Source of the DNA: Giardia intestinalis
Lineage: Eukaryota
Reading direction: 5' to 3' (one strand)
DNA: 64,000 nt
NCBI GenBank assembly: GCA_000002435.2
Contig: CM018792.1
Position 1 is the first letter of the stretch. Each line of letters starts with the position of its first letter. The position numbers and the translations under genes were made by a program. Shown here one piece after another: positions 37,398-49,100 of this stretch. The notes under the pieces were generated by a model. It had not been told where the DNA came from. It saw only the letters and a list, made by a program, of their open reading frames with translations, and made no database searches.

Positions 37398-40300
37398 CTA
37401 GGGTAGCATGTTCAGTGCTCCAAGCAGTGCGGAGCATTCCTCCACACAAATATCCTTTTGCAGTGTGCTTTGCATTTTTTGCTCCAATTGCAATGCATAC
37501 CTTTTTACCAATGTTATAGCGTGGTGGTCTGCGCCCGCGTCCTCAGCTTGAGTGATTAAGTGCATGATTATTATTGTTAAGTATTCCGTAGCTGCGGGGA
37601 GCCCTGCCATGTCTGCTCCCGGGTTTGTATGCAGAGTTATATACTCGTACATCCCGCTAATAAGCACGTAAGCTTTAGTTTCTTTGATGTTCATTGTTAT
37701 GTAAGATAGATCCTCTGCTGTGATAACGACGTTGCGGAGAGTGAGGACCGCCAAAGTCATACACTTCTCCACTTTGGCTTGAAGTGGCGCGTGGATGGAA
37801 CTCTCTTGATTGCCTGCCAAGCATCTTTTATAGTACTGAGTTAGCTGCTGAAGAAACTCTGCAATCAGCACTAGCAAATGATTATTTGACTCACGGAATA
37901 TGTTAGAACATTCGCGGAGTAGAGCCATGTCGGCGTATATCGATAGGATCTCTCCTAGTGTCCCAGCCGCCATACTCCTATTGTCTAGATTGTCATCTGG
38001 TTGATTGAACGAATCATGCCTATCGTTCTTCAACTCATTCTCCAGAAGAGCTGCAACTAGCTTTTCAAAAGATGATATTAGGATATACATTGTGCTTTTC
38101 TTGATCAAGATGGCAGACACCTGCGTAGGTGCAGCACGCATGCTCAAGGCCAGTATCTCGGCTGCCATCTGAGCGTGGTTCCCATTGGGCTTTTGTATTG
38201 GGTTTGTGCACGATACCGGCGTTTCGTTGTCACTCATCTCGGAGTTGTTGGCGAAGCAGTGCAAAAGCAACGAAAGAAGGTATCTTCCAGGCCCAGTTGT
38301 AAACATTGATGTTTGCTCTGCTGGCTTGCGAACAAGGTGACTGAATACACAGTGCAGCACCTCCAGACTCATATCCGCCAGAGAGCGGACTAGATCTGTA
38401 AGACTGCGGGCACGCTTTATTAACCTAAACAGTGAGAGCCACAGTGATACTGCAGCGTTGCCCTCACTTTCTCTTGCTAAGTCCTCATACGGCTGAATAA
38501 GAGATTTGTAAAGTACCGGGTTTCTGACAGCAACAGCCAAACAGACACAAAGGAAGACCAGAAAATCATTTCCATTAACGAGCAGAACATTCGTTAAAGA
38601 CTCCTCAATAAACATAGAATGGCAAGGATTCTTGATAACATTAATGATTGCTTTGAAAATGCGCACGACGCACTTTATTTGTAAATCGTATTCTTTATCC
38701 TTATCAGGCGTCTGTAGCAGACCAATGTGCGAGAGTGTTCCAACATATGTGTAGAGCAGAATATACACGCAATCAGCTTCTGCAAACCCAAATTGAGAAA
38801 GACTATATAGGATTGAGATGGCTTTTTTGAACGAGATGTCGTTACTTTTGGGTGCAGTCTCTGAAATGCTCTGGAAGCAATTGAGTAGGATCGTGCATAC
38901 AGTAATAACCACTGTCCCCGCTCTCTCACTGGAGGTTTCGTCAACGGGTGTGGATAAGGCCAGGTGTGTAATGTTATGGGCAGTAACAGAAGGCCGTTTG
39001 GAGCCCTTCTTCTTCGAGATATTGTCTGGCATCTTAGCAAATGTCTCCTCATGCATGCACATGCAAAGATATGTGTAGAGGGTATTTGCTATCGAAAAGA
39101 GAAGGGGTAAAGGGTCACTTGTCCCCAGGATCTGTCGATAGTCGGGCATAGCTGTCTCAATTAAGGCATTGACAAGGGCACTAAACGGGGCCGAAAACTC
39201 TTTGAATAGGTTAAGACGATTGAAGAGAATCATAAGGCTGGTGAGGAATGAAGAGAGGCGGAGATAGAATGACTCAGTGATGCTTAGGTGGTCTCTAGAG
39301 ATAAGAGCAGTCAGTGTGGTGATCATCTTTAGATAACTGGTTTGATACTGCACAAGTGATGTCAGTCCTCTTCGTTTCTGTGTTGACATGGCTTCGACCT
39401 CGTAAAGAAATTGCAAGCCAATGTCAAAGACGTCCAGCACAGGCTCTAGTAGCTCCTTTGCTGTATCAATTGTGAATACAGAAAGCAGATGTGCACAGAC
39501 ATCGGGGCTGAATGCGAAGGAGAAAAGCTCCTCTCCTGAGATGCCCTTTAGGGCTATCACAAACATACACCGATAAAGAAGAGAAATCCCGAGCCTTTTG
39601 AGCCGCTCATCAGCGCTCTCTATAGCGGTGGAGAGAGCAGAGAGTAACAGAGGATTGCATCGCTTGCCATCAGGCTCTTTAAAGATGTAGAGTAAAATAA
39701 TTTTATTTTTGACCAGATTGCTGGCCTCCTCTAAAAGTACTTCACTGTATGCTTCATGGCCAGACTCAAGATAAATCCGTAAGTCAACTAGCTCATCAAT
39801 CTGGGTAACCTCAGACTGCAGTACACTAGTGGGTGCAATGCAGTCAAAAAGGGAGGCTATAGCAGATAGAATAAGCAGTTGGGCATCCACAGAAGACGGC
39901 TCTCGCTGGGCTACATATGAAAGTGTGGCAGAGAGATTATCAAGATAAGCCAGAATTGATTTTTGAGATACCTTTCTTGCAGTAATGGGGTAACTATTGC
40001 GTTTCTCTTTGCGGAAGAGTGGATAGGGTTGCGATGCGCAGGAGGACGTGATTGACGCAGATACCTCAGCATCACCTGCGAGTAGGGTGCCTCTACACAG
40101 CCTTGTAATAACAAGATTGAGTACGTTGTATGCTGCCGTCGTCTCTCTCAAAACATCAACGTTTCTGCTGAGCGTGCGGAAAATGATGCTCTGCATATCA
40201 ATCGCCACAAAAAGTATGCGAAGGTCTGCTGGAGAAAAAAGAGTGTAGAGACAATCTGTCTTAACAAGAGAAAAATATAATGTAAAAAGATCATTTGGTC

Positions 40301-43300
40301 TGTAGAAATCCGCTACTGTGCGTGCGACAGCAAGCTGTCTATACAGGGAAAGCAGCAGAAATCCCAAGATGGTGTGGGACAGGGTCTCCACTGCACTTGC
40401 AAAGAGCCTGTCTTCCTTAGTAAGAAAAGGGAAAACATCAGCAATAAGACATAGTGCTGTGTGCGCCACAGAATCTATTATCTTATTGTGAAGCTCTGGG
40501 TCCAAGTTACTCAGTATGCTTACCTGCTTAGTCTTGCGCATCATCTCAGTGGAATAGACTATGCTGTCTTTTGAAGCGTCAAGGAAGGAGTCTATAAAAT
40601 CTTGGATGTGCAGATGATCATAGAGGGCTACTAGATTGATTAGAAGAGCCTCTAAGTTCAAGTGCATGATCTCATGGAAGTGGTGTTGGTTGAGAGTTTC
40701 ACCACAGTCTAAATCTAGCATATTAATAGTCATGCTAGCCTCAGTATTCACCGGGAGAAGTGGTGGGAGAAAGGTGCTTTGCTTAGGTGCCTCGAGAATT
40801 GGAGGTAGTAGAGCGATGAATCGAGATAGCAGTCTAGCCTGTTCAGTGCAGCACGTTGTTACTACTTGTAGTATGGATTGTTCTTCCATCTTTCTCCGTG
40901 ACGAACGCGTCAGCAATGACGTTACATCGAGAGCAGTAATAATCTCAAGGCCTAAGGATAAAGACATGATTGAGTCTCTCTTATTCTCGGTAAGCCCGTC
41001 AGGAATCTGTGGTATAAACCTAACTACAATGGAAACAAGGCCGCTGGCAATGACGTCTTTGAGAGCTGTCAATTCAGTGCTAGACTCTGTGGTATCATTC
41101 AAGAACTCCGCTAGATATTGCGTAAGCATTAGATATGTCGACAGATCAAGGTAGGTTTGCACGCTGGCATCTGTTAATTGCTTGAATATGTGAATGATAC
41201 TATTCACGCATGTGCTTGTGTAGGTAGTGAGTGGAGCAGTAAGAGGAGACTCTTGTGCAGAGCGATAGAATCGCACAACCCGCCTACCTAAGTAGACACT
41301 GCCCAACAGAGCAGCCCGATAGCAGGATTGGCGGATGAGAGATAGTGGAGGAGAAGTTGCCAACAAGGAAATGGAAGTGAAAGCTTCTAGAATACTTGTT
41401 AACACGTAGCTTATTCGCTGAATAAAGTCTCGAAGCAAAGTCTCCATTACTAGAAGAATGTGGAGCCTCAAGGAGGCGTCATTGGCCTTGGAGTCTCGTT
41501 GGTTAAGTGCTAGATGTCGTTCAGCTTCTATAGCAATAGCTTGGTGTAGTAGATCAAGATGCTCGTCCATAAAGACAAGAAGGATACAATTCATAAAGTG
41601 CACACACAAATCAGGATCAAATTCAAATAGGAATAGCGCCGATGACTGGAAAATGGAAATAAGTGTGCGAAGCAACATGATTAGTGGTTGAGCATTAAGC
41701 CAAAAGCGCCTTGATGCGTTATAGACAACAGCATCAACAGAAAGTTCCATGTCATGCTCAGTAATATTCCTATTGTAGCCTGGACCAATTGATTCTGTTG
41801 ATATTAACCAAGAAACGTTTCCAAAAAGCAAGTCTCTAACCAACGAATCGTTTCCTGATTCATAAAGACTCAATGATAAGAAAAATATGGTAATCTGTGC
41901 ATCTAGCTCATGCAGAAGACCGCCAAAGAGAAGGCGAGAGTCCTTTTCGCTAAAATTGGGGATTACCAGCTGGGAAATAGATGCATCAAGAGTGGCAGCC
42001 TGGTTAAATGTATCAATGATAATGAATGAGAGATAGAGAAGATTATAGACCATATCCCTTCGATCCATGGGTTTTCTATGGGCATACACTATGGCCTCAA
42101 GAGTGTCCTTGTGTGACGGGTAAGATTTGGCTAAGCTGTCACCATTCTGTACATGGGTTAGGAAGTACTTACTAACAGCCTGGTAATCAAATGTCGGTGC
42201 AGCGTGAAAGGGACTAAACTCCAGCAGATGCTCAGACACTCCCCGAGGGAAGCACCCAGATAGAACAATAAAGATAAGCTTTAGAATCTCTTGAAGTTGT
42301 TGATACAGTGATGTGCTCAGGACTACGCTAAGCTCCACGTTGCTTGATGTACTAAAGAAGCGCTTGAGAGGCGCGAGGGCAGGTGCACCGAAAAATATCC
42401 CAATAAAGCTACATACACTATCAAAATATAGCACCAATGCGGTTATGATGCTTTCAGCAAGCCTTTCATCTGATAAAATAACGCATTGATGGGCGCTAGA
42501 GAAAGAGATAACTCGATGGCTGAGAATCTGTTGAAGGATGTCCAAGTATCGGATGGAGTGATAAGGGTAAGACGTTTCTTCGATTGAAAAGCTGTCCTTG
42601 GGGGTCTGTCCACGGAGGTGTGCTCCAGGAGAATCTGTTACTCGTATGTCGTGCGAAAGCAGTTCATACGACAGTGTCACATTGCGTAAGACGAAAGTGT
42701 TAACAACAGAGAGAAGGCCAATAAGATCGTGGGCATGAAGTCTAGTGTGCGTGGGATAGAGAGCATGTGCAGATAGGTTTGTAAGAGTCCGGTCCAGAAT
42801 GTCCTCCTTCATGGGTGACATCATCAGAGTAGTCAGCACATTGTTATTGAGGAGAACCACATCATAGAAGAGTCTGAACACATGACTAAAGGACTCATCG
42901 AATACAGACGTGTGCATATACAGACACAGAATCTCTGGGCTAAATGCACGACCAGCATCATTAGACTGTGCGGCAGACGTCTCTGTTGACAGGATAGTAG
43001 GGGAGTCTAAGTGTGAGTCCAGCTGATTAGCGAGCTCTGTTCTGCAAAGTGTGGACGTGCTTCTGTGGGGCAGAGTGAAACCTCCTGGGCCATCTCCATC
43101 AGCAGATGTGGATAACTGACAGAATAGCAGCTTTTCTTTGCACGTGGACCAAACCCCTGCGTCAGTAAACGATAAAGTGAAAAGACTAGTCTCCGAGGTA
43201 TAGACGGTGATCCTCAGATTAGAACTGCTATCAATCCCGTATGTAGTTATATCTTTCCAGATAATGGCGCCATCCTGACCTATAATGTGAGCAGAGAAAG

Positions 43301-43433
43301 AAGAAGTGAAAACAACAAAGGCATCGACAAGTCCCTTTGTGTCTTCATATACTGTTGGATAACAAGCATCCACCTCATCAGAGAGGCTAGAAAGTCCAGG
43401 TAATTGCCCAATTGCATTATCAGTTGCCAACAT
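37398..43433 (-). CDS. Very large (2011 aa) hypothetical protein, predominantly alpha-helical (HEAT/ARM-like) after a beta-rich N-terminus
   Basis: ATG verified at 43433. Uninterrupted 6 kb ORF with Leu-rich, repetitive helical composition and no enzymatic motif. Candidate scaffold (Blm10/URB1/Utp20/Mon2-type), but the family cannot be assigned by eye. Confidence 0.55.
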   Translation of the reverse strand: MLATDNAIGQLPGLSSLSDEVDACYPTVYEDTKGLVDAFVVFTSSFSAHIIGQDGAIIWKDITTYGIDSSSNLRITVYTSETSLFTLSFTDAGVWSTCKEKLLFCQLSTSADGDGPGGFTLPHRSTSTLCRTELANQLDSHLDSPTILSTETSAAQSNDAGRAFSPEILCLYMHTSVFDESFSHVFRLFYDVVLLNNNVLTTLMMSPMKEDILDRTLTNLSAHALYPTHTRLHAHDLIGLLSVVNTFVLRNVTLSYELLSHDIRVTDSPGAHLRGQTPKDSFSIEETSYPYHSIRYLDILQQILSHRVISFSSAHQCVILSDERLAESIITALVLYFDSVCSFIGIFFGAPALAPLKRFFSTSSNVELSVVLSTSLYQQLQEILKLIFIVLSGCFPRGVSEHLLEFSPFHAAPTFDYQAVSKYFLTHVQNGDSLAKSYPSHKDTLEAIVYAHRKPMDRRDMVYNLLYLSFIIIDTFNQAATLDASISQLVIPNFSEKDSRLLFGGLLHELDAQITIFFLSLSLYESGNDSLVRDLLFGNVSWLISTESIGPGYNRNITEHDMELSVDAVVYNASRRFWLNAQPLIMLLRTLISIFQSSALFLFEFDPDLCVHFMNCILLVFMDEHLDLLHQAIAIEAERHLALNQRDSKANDASLRLHILLVMETLLRDFIQRISYVLTSILEAFTSISLLATSPPLSLIRQSCYRAALLGSVYLGRRVVRFYRSAQESPLTAPLTTYTSTCVNSIIHIFKQLTDASVQTYLDLSTYLMLTQYLAEFLNDTTESSTELTALKDVIASGLVSIVVRFIPQIPDGLTENKRDSIMSLSLGLEIITALDVTSLLTRSSRRKMEEQSILQVVTTCCTEQARLLSRFIALLPPILEAPKQSTFLPPLLPVNTEASMTINMLDLDCGETLNQHHFHEIMHLNLEALLINLVALYDHLHIQDFIDSFLDASKDSIVYSTEMMRKTKQVSILSNLDPELHNKIIDSVAHTALCLIADVFPFLTKEDRLFASAVETLSHTILGFLLLSLYRQLAVARTVADFYRPNDLFTLYFSLVKTDCLYTLFSPADLRILFVAIDMQSIIFRTLSRNVDVLRETTAAYNVLNLVITRLCRGTLLAGDAEVSASITSSCASQPYPLFRKEKRNSYPITARKVSQKSILAYLDNLSATLSYVAQREPSSVDAQLLILSAIASLFDCIAPTSVLQSEVTQIDELVDLRIYLESGHEAYSEVLLEEASNLVKNKIILLYIFKEPDGKRCNPLLLSALSTAIESADERLKRLGISLLYRCMFVIALKGISGEELFSFAFSPDVCAHLLSVFTIDTAKELLEPVLDVFDIGLQFLYEVEAMSTQKRRGLTSLVQYQTSYLKMITTLTALISRDHLSITESFYLRLSSFLTSLMILFNRLNLFKEFSAPFSALVNALIETAMPDYRQILGTSDPLPLLFSIANTLYTYLCMCMHEETFAKMPDNISKKKGSKRPSVTAHNITHLALSTPVDETSSERAGTVVITVCTILLNCFQSISETAPKSNDISFKKAISILYSLSQFGFAEADCVYILLYTYVGTLSHIGLLQTPDKDKEYDLQIKCVVRIFKAIINVIKNPCHSMFIEESLTNVLLVNGNDFLVFLCVCLAVAVRNPVLYKSLIQPYEDLARESEGNAAVSLWLSLFRLIKRARSLTDLVRSLADMSLEVLHCVFSHLVRKPAEQTSMFTTGPGRYLLSLLLHCFANNSEMSDNETPVSCTNPIQKPNGNHAQMAAEILALSMRAAPTQVSAILIKKSTMYILISSFEKLVAALLENELKNDRHDSFNQPDDNLDNRSMAAGTLGEILSIYADMALLRECSNIFRESNNHLLVLIAEFLQQLTQYYKRCLAGNQESSIHAPLQAKVEKCMTLAVLTLRNVVITAEDLSYITMNIKETKAYVLISGMYEYITLHTNPGADMAGLPAATEYLTIIIMHLITQAEDAGADHHAITLVKRYALQLEQKMQSTLQKDICVEECSALLGALNMLP

Positions 43434-44368
43434 CCCGCCTTCTTGATTCAGGGGCAGGTTTTGTGTTAATTTAATTATAGACTTGTATCAGCCGAGATAC
43501 AGATTGAAACCGAGAATCACAATACTACGGAATCTACTACTAGTCAAAAGCTATGGGACGACTGTAACCATTTCCTCGGTGTTCAATCTTGTTGCCGAGT
43601 AAATAGAAATTGATATCTTTTCACCTATGTACAAATCATAATAACCATAGTGGATTTACGAAGAGATCTATTCAGTGCCTTTAGCAACTTGACAATATCA
43701 TGCAAAAGAGCTGAAGTATTCGTGAAGGAGGTGGCCACACTATGTGGTGCAAAAGCCAGACGTCGTTTCTAATCAGGTACCTCTCCACTAGTAGCTCCTA
43801 GTAACTCAAGTCCCACGAATAGCCGGTTCGCCAACGTGTCACGAAGATAGCAGATAATGAGGCCTACTGCCTGGATACCTTGGATACCTGAATCCTTATA
43901 GCAGCAACCGGCCCTCTGACTAGCAACCTCTCCAGCTTCTTCTGTACATTTTTACGGTGCCTCTTCACGTAATTACTTTGGCAGTGCATCCTTTCGTGCG
44001 TGCTTCTGAGCCACAATTCCAGACAGACATAAAGTGATGCTTTCCTTTGTCAATGAATTAGTCCAAGACTGCTTGCAAGTTTAGTCTTCCTCATTAGGCA
44101 CTGGGCCGATGACAATCCAGATTGTTGATACAATTGATTGTGTAATTACAATTGTGAAAACATTTATTTATATGTTTATCTACTAGAGCATTTCGTTGAA
44201 TAGAAGCTTTCTCATTACAACAGTATACAAGCTAATGCTTTTAGCATAAAAGATCTGTACATAGATTAGAGGAAAAAGTAGAGCCCTTGGCCTGGTAGAT
44301 CTCAAGACTGAAAGTCGCCCTACTCAAAGGCAAAGAGCAGCCCTCATCTGGAACAGCGAAGCTGCACC

Positions 44369-46096
44369 TCAAGTCTTCTGTGCATGCATTTTCTTTGCTC
44401 TTCGCAGCTTCAAGTTTTCTACCCTGATCCTTTTCAAACCGAAACCGAGGTGGACAATAGCAAGCAGAACAAAAACAGCAATGATTATAAATACAGTGAC
44501 GTAAACCATTGATGTGTCCGAGAAAACAAGCCGTTTGATCGGCATCGTGACGGAGATCCCTGACATGGGGTATGTGGCAGTGAAAAGTGCTTCTGTGAAG
44601 TGTCTAACAGCACCTATATTCCTATTCCGCTCTGATTGTTTGTATGAAGAAGTAAATGATTTCACTGCGGACTTACAGGATAGAATCCCCTCCACCTGCA
44701 CTGTGGCATAGTCATTACAGGTCCAGCACACAGAGTAATTTGCCAAAGAGAAGTAGTGGTTCTGGGTGAATGTGCCTAGGTCGGGTAGGGACAGACTCAA
44801 TGTGTATAGTAGGCTATACTTCAAGCTGATGGGGCACGTGTCAGATGTAGCGGAGGAAAAGTGGACACAGATGTCTGTGCTAGAAAAGGAAAGGTATGCG
44901 TCCTGCCAGCAGCCCAGCTGTTTATTGGTCACCTGCTGCTTGTAATAGAACGAAAGATCCCCGTTACTTCCTGTCTCTACTATTTCCAGAATTAGGATCA
45001 TAGAGTCCAAATTGGTTAGCCTAAATGCATTGGAAAGAAGCAACTTGCACGTCAGATCTCCATTGGCACATTGAAAGTCTATCGTTTGAGTATCTGAGAA
45101 GTTGAATGCAGAAAGTGAGATGCCCTCCATTGTGGCTTTTAAACCGGCATTAGTATAGAACAGATGGCAATTGAAGGCACGTTGCCCGTTGGCCAACACT
45201 TGGCAATCTTGGTTGCTAGGGTTGTTTGCTCCCTCAACAAGCATACGTATTCTATCTCCGTAGATTGATGCCGCGATAGACCTAGTACAGGAAGCCTTGG
45301 CTGAGCTATAAAGACTAAGAAGCTCCATTGATAAGGGAATTTCCACTGTTTTATCCTTCGCTGTACCTACCTTAATGGTGTAGTTTAGTTGAACGCTTAC
45401 CCAGGGATCTTTAACTGCCAAGAGGAGCGTGGTGAGCTGATCAGATGAAATGGTCGTCAACGGGAAGGTTAGATCTGCGGGCTGAATAGGTGGCTGCTTT
45501 ATATTGAAGGAGGTCGTTAGAATGAAGTTTCCGGCAGCATTTTTCACAGCCAGTGTGCCAGACACTACTTCTGGTTTAGCTGGATTATCACAGAGGCCTG
45601 TCTCAACGAGCTTGAGATTCCCCGATCCCGTTGTGTAGTCAAATGTGGCTAAGGATTGTGTCTCTGAGAAGCACTTTGTTAGATGCTCTCTGTTACCTGA
45701 TATGGATGCAAAGTTGACGTTGGCTCTGTAGCGAACGGTTTGAATGCAGAGTGATGCATACTCAGATGTGAAGAATGCCTCCATGCAGCGCTTTAGGACG
45801 ACATCGTCGGTCTGTGGACATGCAAAGGTGATTGTCTGGTCCATGGAATAATTGAAAGCACTTACGGAGGCAATGATCGTCTCATTGAACTTAGAAATAT
45901 TCAAGTGCATAGACACAGAGTCTGTGAATACCTTACAAGCAATGAGCATGGTGGGGGTAATTGTAACACTAATACTGGCTGTTGGGATGTCATAGATAAC
46001 TTCACTGAAGGGAGACCAACAATTGTGGACTTCCTCCTGCTCGACCCCGCCTCCAAGAAGAGGCCACAGCAGGCCCCCGATGACCAGTGTTGCCAT
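44369..46096 (-). CDS. Hypothetical type-I membrane protein (signal peptide plus C-terminal TM)
   Basis: The track's start at 46111 is a GTG. The first ATG, at 46096, gives MATLVIGGLLWPLLGGG. C-terminal TM VYVTVFIIIAVFVLLAIVHLGFGL followed by a basic tail KRIRVENLKLRRAKKMHAQKT. No family recognised. Confidence 0.5.
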   Translation of the reverse strand: MATLVIGGLLWPLLGGGVEQEEVHNCWSPFSEVIYDIPTASISVTITPTMLIACKVFTDSVSMHLNISKFNETIIASVSAFNYSMDQTITFACPQTDDVVLKRCMEAFFTSEYASLCIQTVRYRANVNFASISGNREHLTKCFSETQSLATFDYTTGSGNLKLVETGLCDNPAKPEVVSGTLAVKNAAGNFILTTSFNIKQPPIQPADLTFPLTTISSDQLTTLLLAVKDPWVSVQLNYTIKVGTAKDKTVEIPLSMELLSLYSSAKASCTRSIAASIYGDRIRMLVEGANNPSNQDCQVLANGQRAFNCHLFYTNAGLKATMEGISLSAFNFSDTQTIDFQCANGDLTCKLLLSNAFRLTNLDSMILILEIVETGSNGDLSFYYKQQVTNKQLGCWQDAYLSFSSTDICVHFSSATSDTCPISLKYSLLYTLSLSLPDLGTFTQNHYFSLANYSVCWTCNDYATVQVEGILSCKSAVKSFTSSYKQSERNRNIGAVRHFTEALFTATYPMSGISVTMPIKRLVFSDTSMVYVTVFIIIAVFVLLAIVHLGFGLKRIRVENLKLRRAKKMHAQKT

Positions 46097-46126
46097 CTCA
46101 GCAAAGAGCACAGGAGGTTTATTTAT

Positions 46127-49100
46127 TCAAAACTGGTATCTGTGCCTTCGTCGAGCGGCCTCGGCAGCGTCAGCTTCGCGTTTCCGATGAGCCAGCACGG
46201 ACTCCCTTTCTAGGCGGAGAAGCTCGTTGCCGCGGACTTGGGCGACTTCGACCTCACAGTCTCTATCGTATTGCCCAATATAGCTTGTGCCCTGGAATAT
46301 TGTGACAGCCTCGCCCAGTGACTTTACAAGCCCTTCTGAACGGCTTATGACAGATTTTGATAGGAGCTTCAGGTCATTCCGCAGCCCAGCGTCTCTCTTG
46401 ATCGTCTGCTCCAAAAGAGGAACCGTGTGGAGCAGAAAGGTCTGCGCCCATTCCATGCCAGCGCTAATATATGGAGTTTCTCGAACAAACTGTGCCAACA
46501 TTGTTATGAATTTCCGATAGTGCTTGGAATTTAAAAGCTGTATTGTGTGTAAAATGATCCTCTCAATGTCGGCTTTTAATTTAGACGCTTTATAGATGGT
46601 TGTTATGTAAAGCTCAAACAACTCCTTGTTGTGCAAAATCATGGCAATCTGAAGCCCATGGGCCAGACACGGTATGTTGTTATGATCAAATTTCTCCATT
46701 CTAAGAGAGCCGGACACGATACTGTTTGCGTGCTCTCTCTCGTAGCAATCTAAAATGATCCCTGCTGAAGTAGCCACTGTCACCTCAATTCCTAGATCAG
46801 CTATGTCTATATACCTGTTGTACTTGGTAGTCTCCCTAGTGTACTCCAATGCTCCAAAGGGCGTAAGGGCCAAGAAGCGCATTCCATCCGGAGAGACACA
46901 GAGGTCAATCACTCGTGCCTCCAGCCGCTTTCCAGTGACCTCCTGAAGCGAGTCAACGACTCTCCGTGACTCACGGTCCCGTATCTTTGTCAATTGCACA
47001 AGGCTGCGGACGGCCATGCCGGCCTCGTCATCACTGGAGTCTGAAATATGCTTGTCAAGTATCTCACGTGTATTCTTATCCAGAATGTCTCTCTTTCTAA
47101 CACCAGCTATGCCCTTATCGATGGTGATCTGATACTTTCCCACAAGTGTGTATGGCCATGTCTTGTATAAATACACGATTATGTACTTGGAGTCTCCAGC
47201 GCAAATAAGGAAGTCACCCACGATGCAGAAGTTCTTGCACGCTTTCCCATAAGAGCTTGACATATAGTGTCTATGTTCATCGTCTTTGAACCCACCAAGT
47301 ATGTCTCTCCCAACGTTAAATACTCCCGTTTGCTCTCCACCTTCCACGCTCCATATGGTGATCCTTCCGTTACTTGTCGAGGTCAAGAGCTGCAACCCGT
47401 CGGGGGTGAAGTCGACTTGCAACACCTCCACACCCTCGGGTAAGATCTCACACGGGATACTCGGTGAGAAGGTGCTCCATACACGCGTTGTTCCATCCCA
47501 GCTACTGCTTGCAAGCTCTCCTGTCCCCAAGGGTGAAAAGCTGAGAGACGTTATGGGACCTGTGTGGCCAGACAGAACTTCCAAGAGCTTAGATGTGCGG
47601 AGCTGGAATAGATATATCTCAAAGTCTCCATCCGAGCATCCCACTGCTATTATGTCCCCGGAAGGCTCTACCGCCAGGGCAGAGAAAGACCTAATGATTC
47701 CGCGGCTAATTGAATTGGTTAGCGCATTCAGATCGTTTGCAATTATCCTTGTATTAATAGAAAGTTTCCGGAATGTCACTTTCTTGGTTAAGTCAAATGC
47801 AAAGACCAAACCGTCGGCGCCTGCAGAGATCAGCACGCGGCTTGTCTTACTGAATCGCACCTTTGTCACAGCCGCTAAGTGATTTGTTACAACAGCATAT
47901 GAGAAGCCAGAAGCAAGGTCATATACGTGCACGGCTCCATTGACACACCCTATGGCATAAAATTCACCATTTTCGGAAACATCTGCACAGGTCGTTTGAG
48001 GGGGCGGTACCTCCTGGATGACAAACGTCTCGGCCAGATAATCGAACACGCACAGCGAGTGATCGTGGCTGCAAGCCAACATTAAGTAGTTTTTGTAGAT
48101 ACATGCTGAAGTGATAGGGTATGTGCAGGCTTTGAGATTATGAATGTGCTTGAAGTGAGAGATACGGGAGCTTGACTTCGAGCACTGTTCGTTCCAGAGC
48201 AGAACGTCCTCCACCGATAGAGACTCTCGCTCAATAGCAAGCTTAAAATACAAGGTATCAAATGCATATAGGCTATAGTGGCCATCTGCAAAGCCCACTA
48301 CGATAGTCCCAGCAGATGGTGCAATGGATTGGGGGTCGTCATTGTTTCCTATCTCAAATCCTGCTGATAGGATGATTGCTGATGCCTGCTCCTCTGCTCT
48401 CTTTCTATCATACCCAGTGTATACTTTTTCTGGTTCGAGATTGTAATCAATCACCGGATTCTCGAGTAGCTTTGTTGTCTCCAGATTATCAATAGATATC
48501 TTATTCCCATCATGATCTATGATAAAGTTCTTGGCATCCTCAGTCTTGCTTTCATCGTCCTTTTCATCCGTATCGGACCGCTCCTGCTCCTTGTCATATA
48601 AAAGCCGCGTGTCTCTGAGGATGTCCCTTTTCTCAATTAGATGCCAGGCCCAGGCACTTGTGGCCTCCGGCGCTCCTGATTCCTCGCTCGATTCTTGCTC
48701 ATGTTCCTCATCTTCGTGGCCAGCTCCTGGGGCCCACACATTTAGAAAGCCCTTTCTCGAAACTGTCACTATACTATATGAAGGCAAGGTGCCCTTTGCA
48801 GCCCTCTCTAGGTCGACGTGCTCCAAGTTCACGTAGGTATCAATCATGTCTGCAATGCGCGACGTTGTTCCCTCCGAGAACTCTGTTTGAGTAGGGTCCT
48901 CACTATCTAACTCAATCCCTGTCACCTGCAACTTCATAAACTCATACAGACTCATCTGTGGGTTCTTTATAAACGAGCGAATGTCAAGCAAGGATCCACG
49001 CTGGGCTGCATCCTCCGTCACTGCCTGGATGCAGTAGGCATCAGAGGACCCTCCACTGTGGCCACCCAGGTGAGCTGTGCTGTAGTTCAGTACTAGGCGA

